Of a stretch of DNA of 25,697 nt, positions 24,915 through 25,697 are shown piece after piece. The first letter of the stretch is position 1, and the number at the start of each line of letters is the position of its first letter. This DNA comes from Myxococcota bacterium (GTDB lineage: Bacteria > Myxococcota > UBA4151), in assembly GCA_036338695.1 (NCBI GenBank), contig JAYZBQ010000079.1:1-25697 (forward strand), written 5' to 3'. Both the position numbers and the translations under genes were made by a program. The notes under the pieces are model-generated. The model was not told the DNA's origin. It saw only the letters and a list, made by a program, of their open reading frames with translations, and made no database searches.

Positions 24915-25214
24915 ATGGCAGGACCTCTATTCAGCGTATCGATCACAAACAAAGAAAACACAGAGGAGCGGTTCGACATCCTCACCGCGTGGCGCAATCA
25001 GCGCATGAGCAATCGCATCTCCATCAGCATCGCCGAGAAGTCTGACGAGGGCGGTGACACCAGCAAGTACCCGATGATCAAGCTCACGGACTGGTTGAGG
25101 TCGCTCGCGGAGGGCAAGCGCTGGTTCGTGGATGTGAGGTGCGACCAGCCGCAGATCCTCGCGTGGCTCAACAGCGCTCCCGCTGAGCAGCACCGGAGCG
25201 ATGCCCCATTCTGA
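24915..25214 (+). CDS. Hypothetical protein, possibly ssDNA-binding, 99 aa
   Basis: GAAAGG SD, beta-rich, follows sak, ends in DAPF like an SSB C-terminal tip. No canonical SSB motifs recognised. Confidence 0.5.
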   Translation: MAGPLFSVSITNKENTEERFDILTAWRNQRMSNRISISIAEKSDEGGDTSKYPMIKLTDWLRSLAEGKRWFVDVRCDQPQILAWLNSAPAEQHRSDAPF

Positions 25215-25389
25215 AAGTGAGCGGCCATCGCGTAACTACCAGATACAGGTGGGACGCGACGGGCAGCTCTGGCGTGCGGTCATACATGACAGGTATGGCC
25301 GCACGCATCAGGTCACCGCGGAGCCATACGCCCTCGGTACCCTGCTCCATCTCGCGAGTCAGGAGATCCTGAGGCTGGAGCAGCCCTGA
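25201..25389 (+). CDS. Small hypothetical protein, 62 aa
   Basis: Overlaps the previous gene end and stops just before a terminator-like hairpin. Beta-beta-beta-alpha pattern. Confidence 0.5.
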   Translation: MPHSESERPSRNYQIQVGRDGQLWRAVIHDRYGRTHQVTAEPYALGTLLHLASQEILRLEQP

Positions 25390-25395
25390 TACCTC

Positions 25396-25436
25396 TGTGC
25401 CCTGGTGGGATTGTCCCGCCGGGGCACAAGTGTTTT
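25396..25436 (+). terminator. Probable intrinsic terminator
   Basis: 15-bp stem TGTGCCCTGGTGGGA/TCCCGCCGGGGCACA (two G-U pairs), TTG loop, followed by AGTGTTTT, at the end of the recombination operon. Confidence 0.62.
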
Positions 25437-25485
25437 GCAATTTGGAGGTCTAATCAAATCGGCGTTTCGGCCTTATGTTTTCATC

Positions 25486-25697
25486 ATGAGCAACGAGAAC
25501 ACCACGCAAATCACCGACATCAACAGCCCGCTCCGCTTCACCGTGCGCGCCGATGGCCTCATGGTCATGCGCATCGCGGGCGACACCGGCAACACCTACG
25601 AGCTGAGCGGCCGCGAGGCCGACGGCTCCGACGTCAGCTGCACCTGCAAGGGCTGGACGCACTGGGGCAGGTGCTACCACGTGACCGCGCTGCGCGC
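25486..25697 (+). CDS. SWIM zinc-finger protein (3'-truncated; absent from the ORF track)
   Basis: MSNENTTQ...GDTGNTYEL...VSCTCKGWTHWGRCYHVTALR: CxC-x8-CxH SWIM signature. Frame open to the window end. Confidence 0.8.
   Translation, partial: MSNENTTQITDINSPLRFTVRADGLMVMRIAGDTGNTYELSGREADGSDVSCTCKGWTHWGRCYHVTALR

Larger units (their letters stand above)
1..25697. mobile_element. Tailed phage/prophage genome segment (Caudoviricetes, podovirus-like morphogenesis module plus replication/recombination genes)
   Basis: Gene order terL-portal-scaffold-MCP-adaptor-nozzle-ejection proteins-holin, then resolvase/helicase and exonuclease/annealase. No bacterial housekeeping genes and no tape-measure or sheath gene. 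Most late genes overlap by ATGA/TGATG/GTGA. Confidence 0.95.

Noticed and set aside
23958..25389. Toxin-antitoxin pair (RHH protein; HicB-like pattern in the 62-aa ORF)
   Set aside because: No adjacent recognisable toxin, and the two genes are separated by sak and the SSB-like gene.
1..25697. CRISPR array, tRNA, diversity-generating retroelement, intron/intein, integrase/att site, stop-codon reassignment
   Set aside because: No periodic repeats, cloverleaf, reverse transcriptase, TR/VR pair, intein motifs or recombinase seen by eye. Genes tile the window under the standard code, with TGA, TAA and TAG all used as stops.

Overview
The whole window reads as part of a high-GC tailed-phage or prophage genome with podovirus-like (P22/T7-type short-tail) architecture. 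On the + strand is a tightly coupled late operon: terminase large subunit (5'-truncated), portal, scaffold, major capsid protein, four tandem putative decoration-like proteins, two small very basic proteins, head-tail adaptor, a 1288-aa nozzle-like protein, four putative ejection proteins, a holin-like gene and a His/Cys (caspase-fold-like) peptidase where an endolysin would be expected. A short - strand unit follows (degenerate DnaB-like ATPase and a PD-(D/E)XK resolvase). It diverges from a + strand recombination unit (YqaJ exonuclease, RHH regulator, Sak/DUF1071 annealase, SSB-like protein) and a 3'-truncated SWIM zinc-finger gene. The most notable signal is a candidate programmed -1 ribosomal frameshift in the holin-like gene (C_CCA_AAA, 6-nt spacer, 8-bp stem). 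It would fuse the holin's membrane anchor, via a Pro/Ala linker, to the peptidase. No integrase, polymerase, tail fibre, classical endolysin, tRNA or CRISPR is visible. All family calls come from motif recognition and gene order, not database searches.
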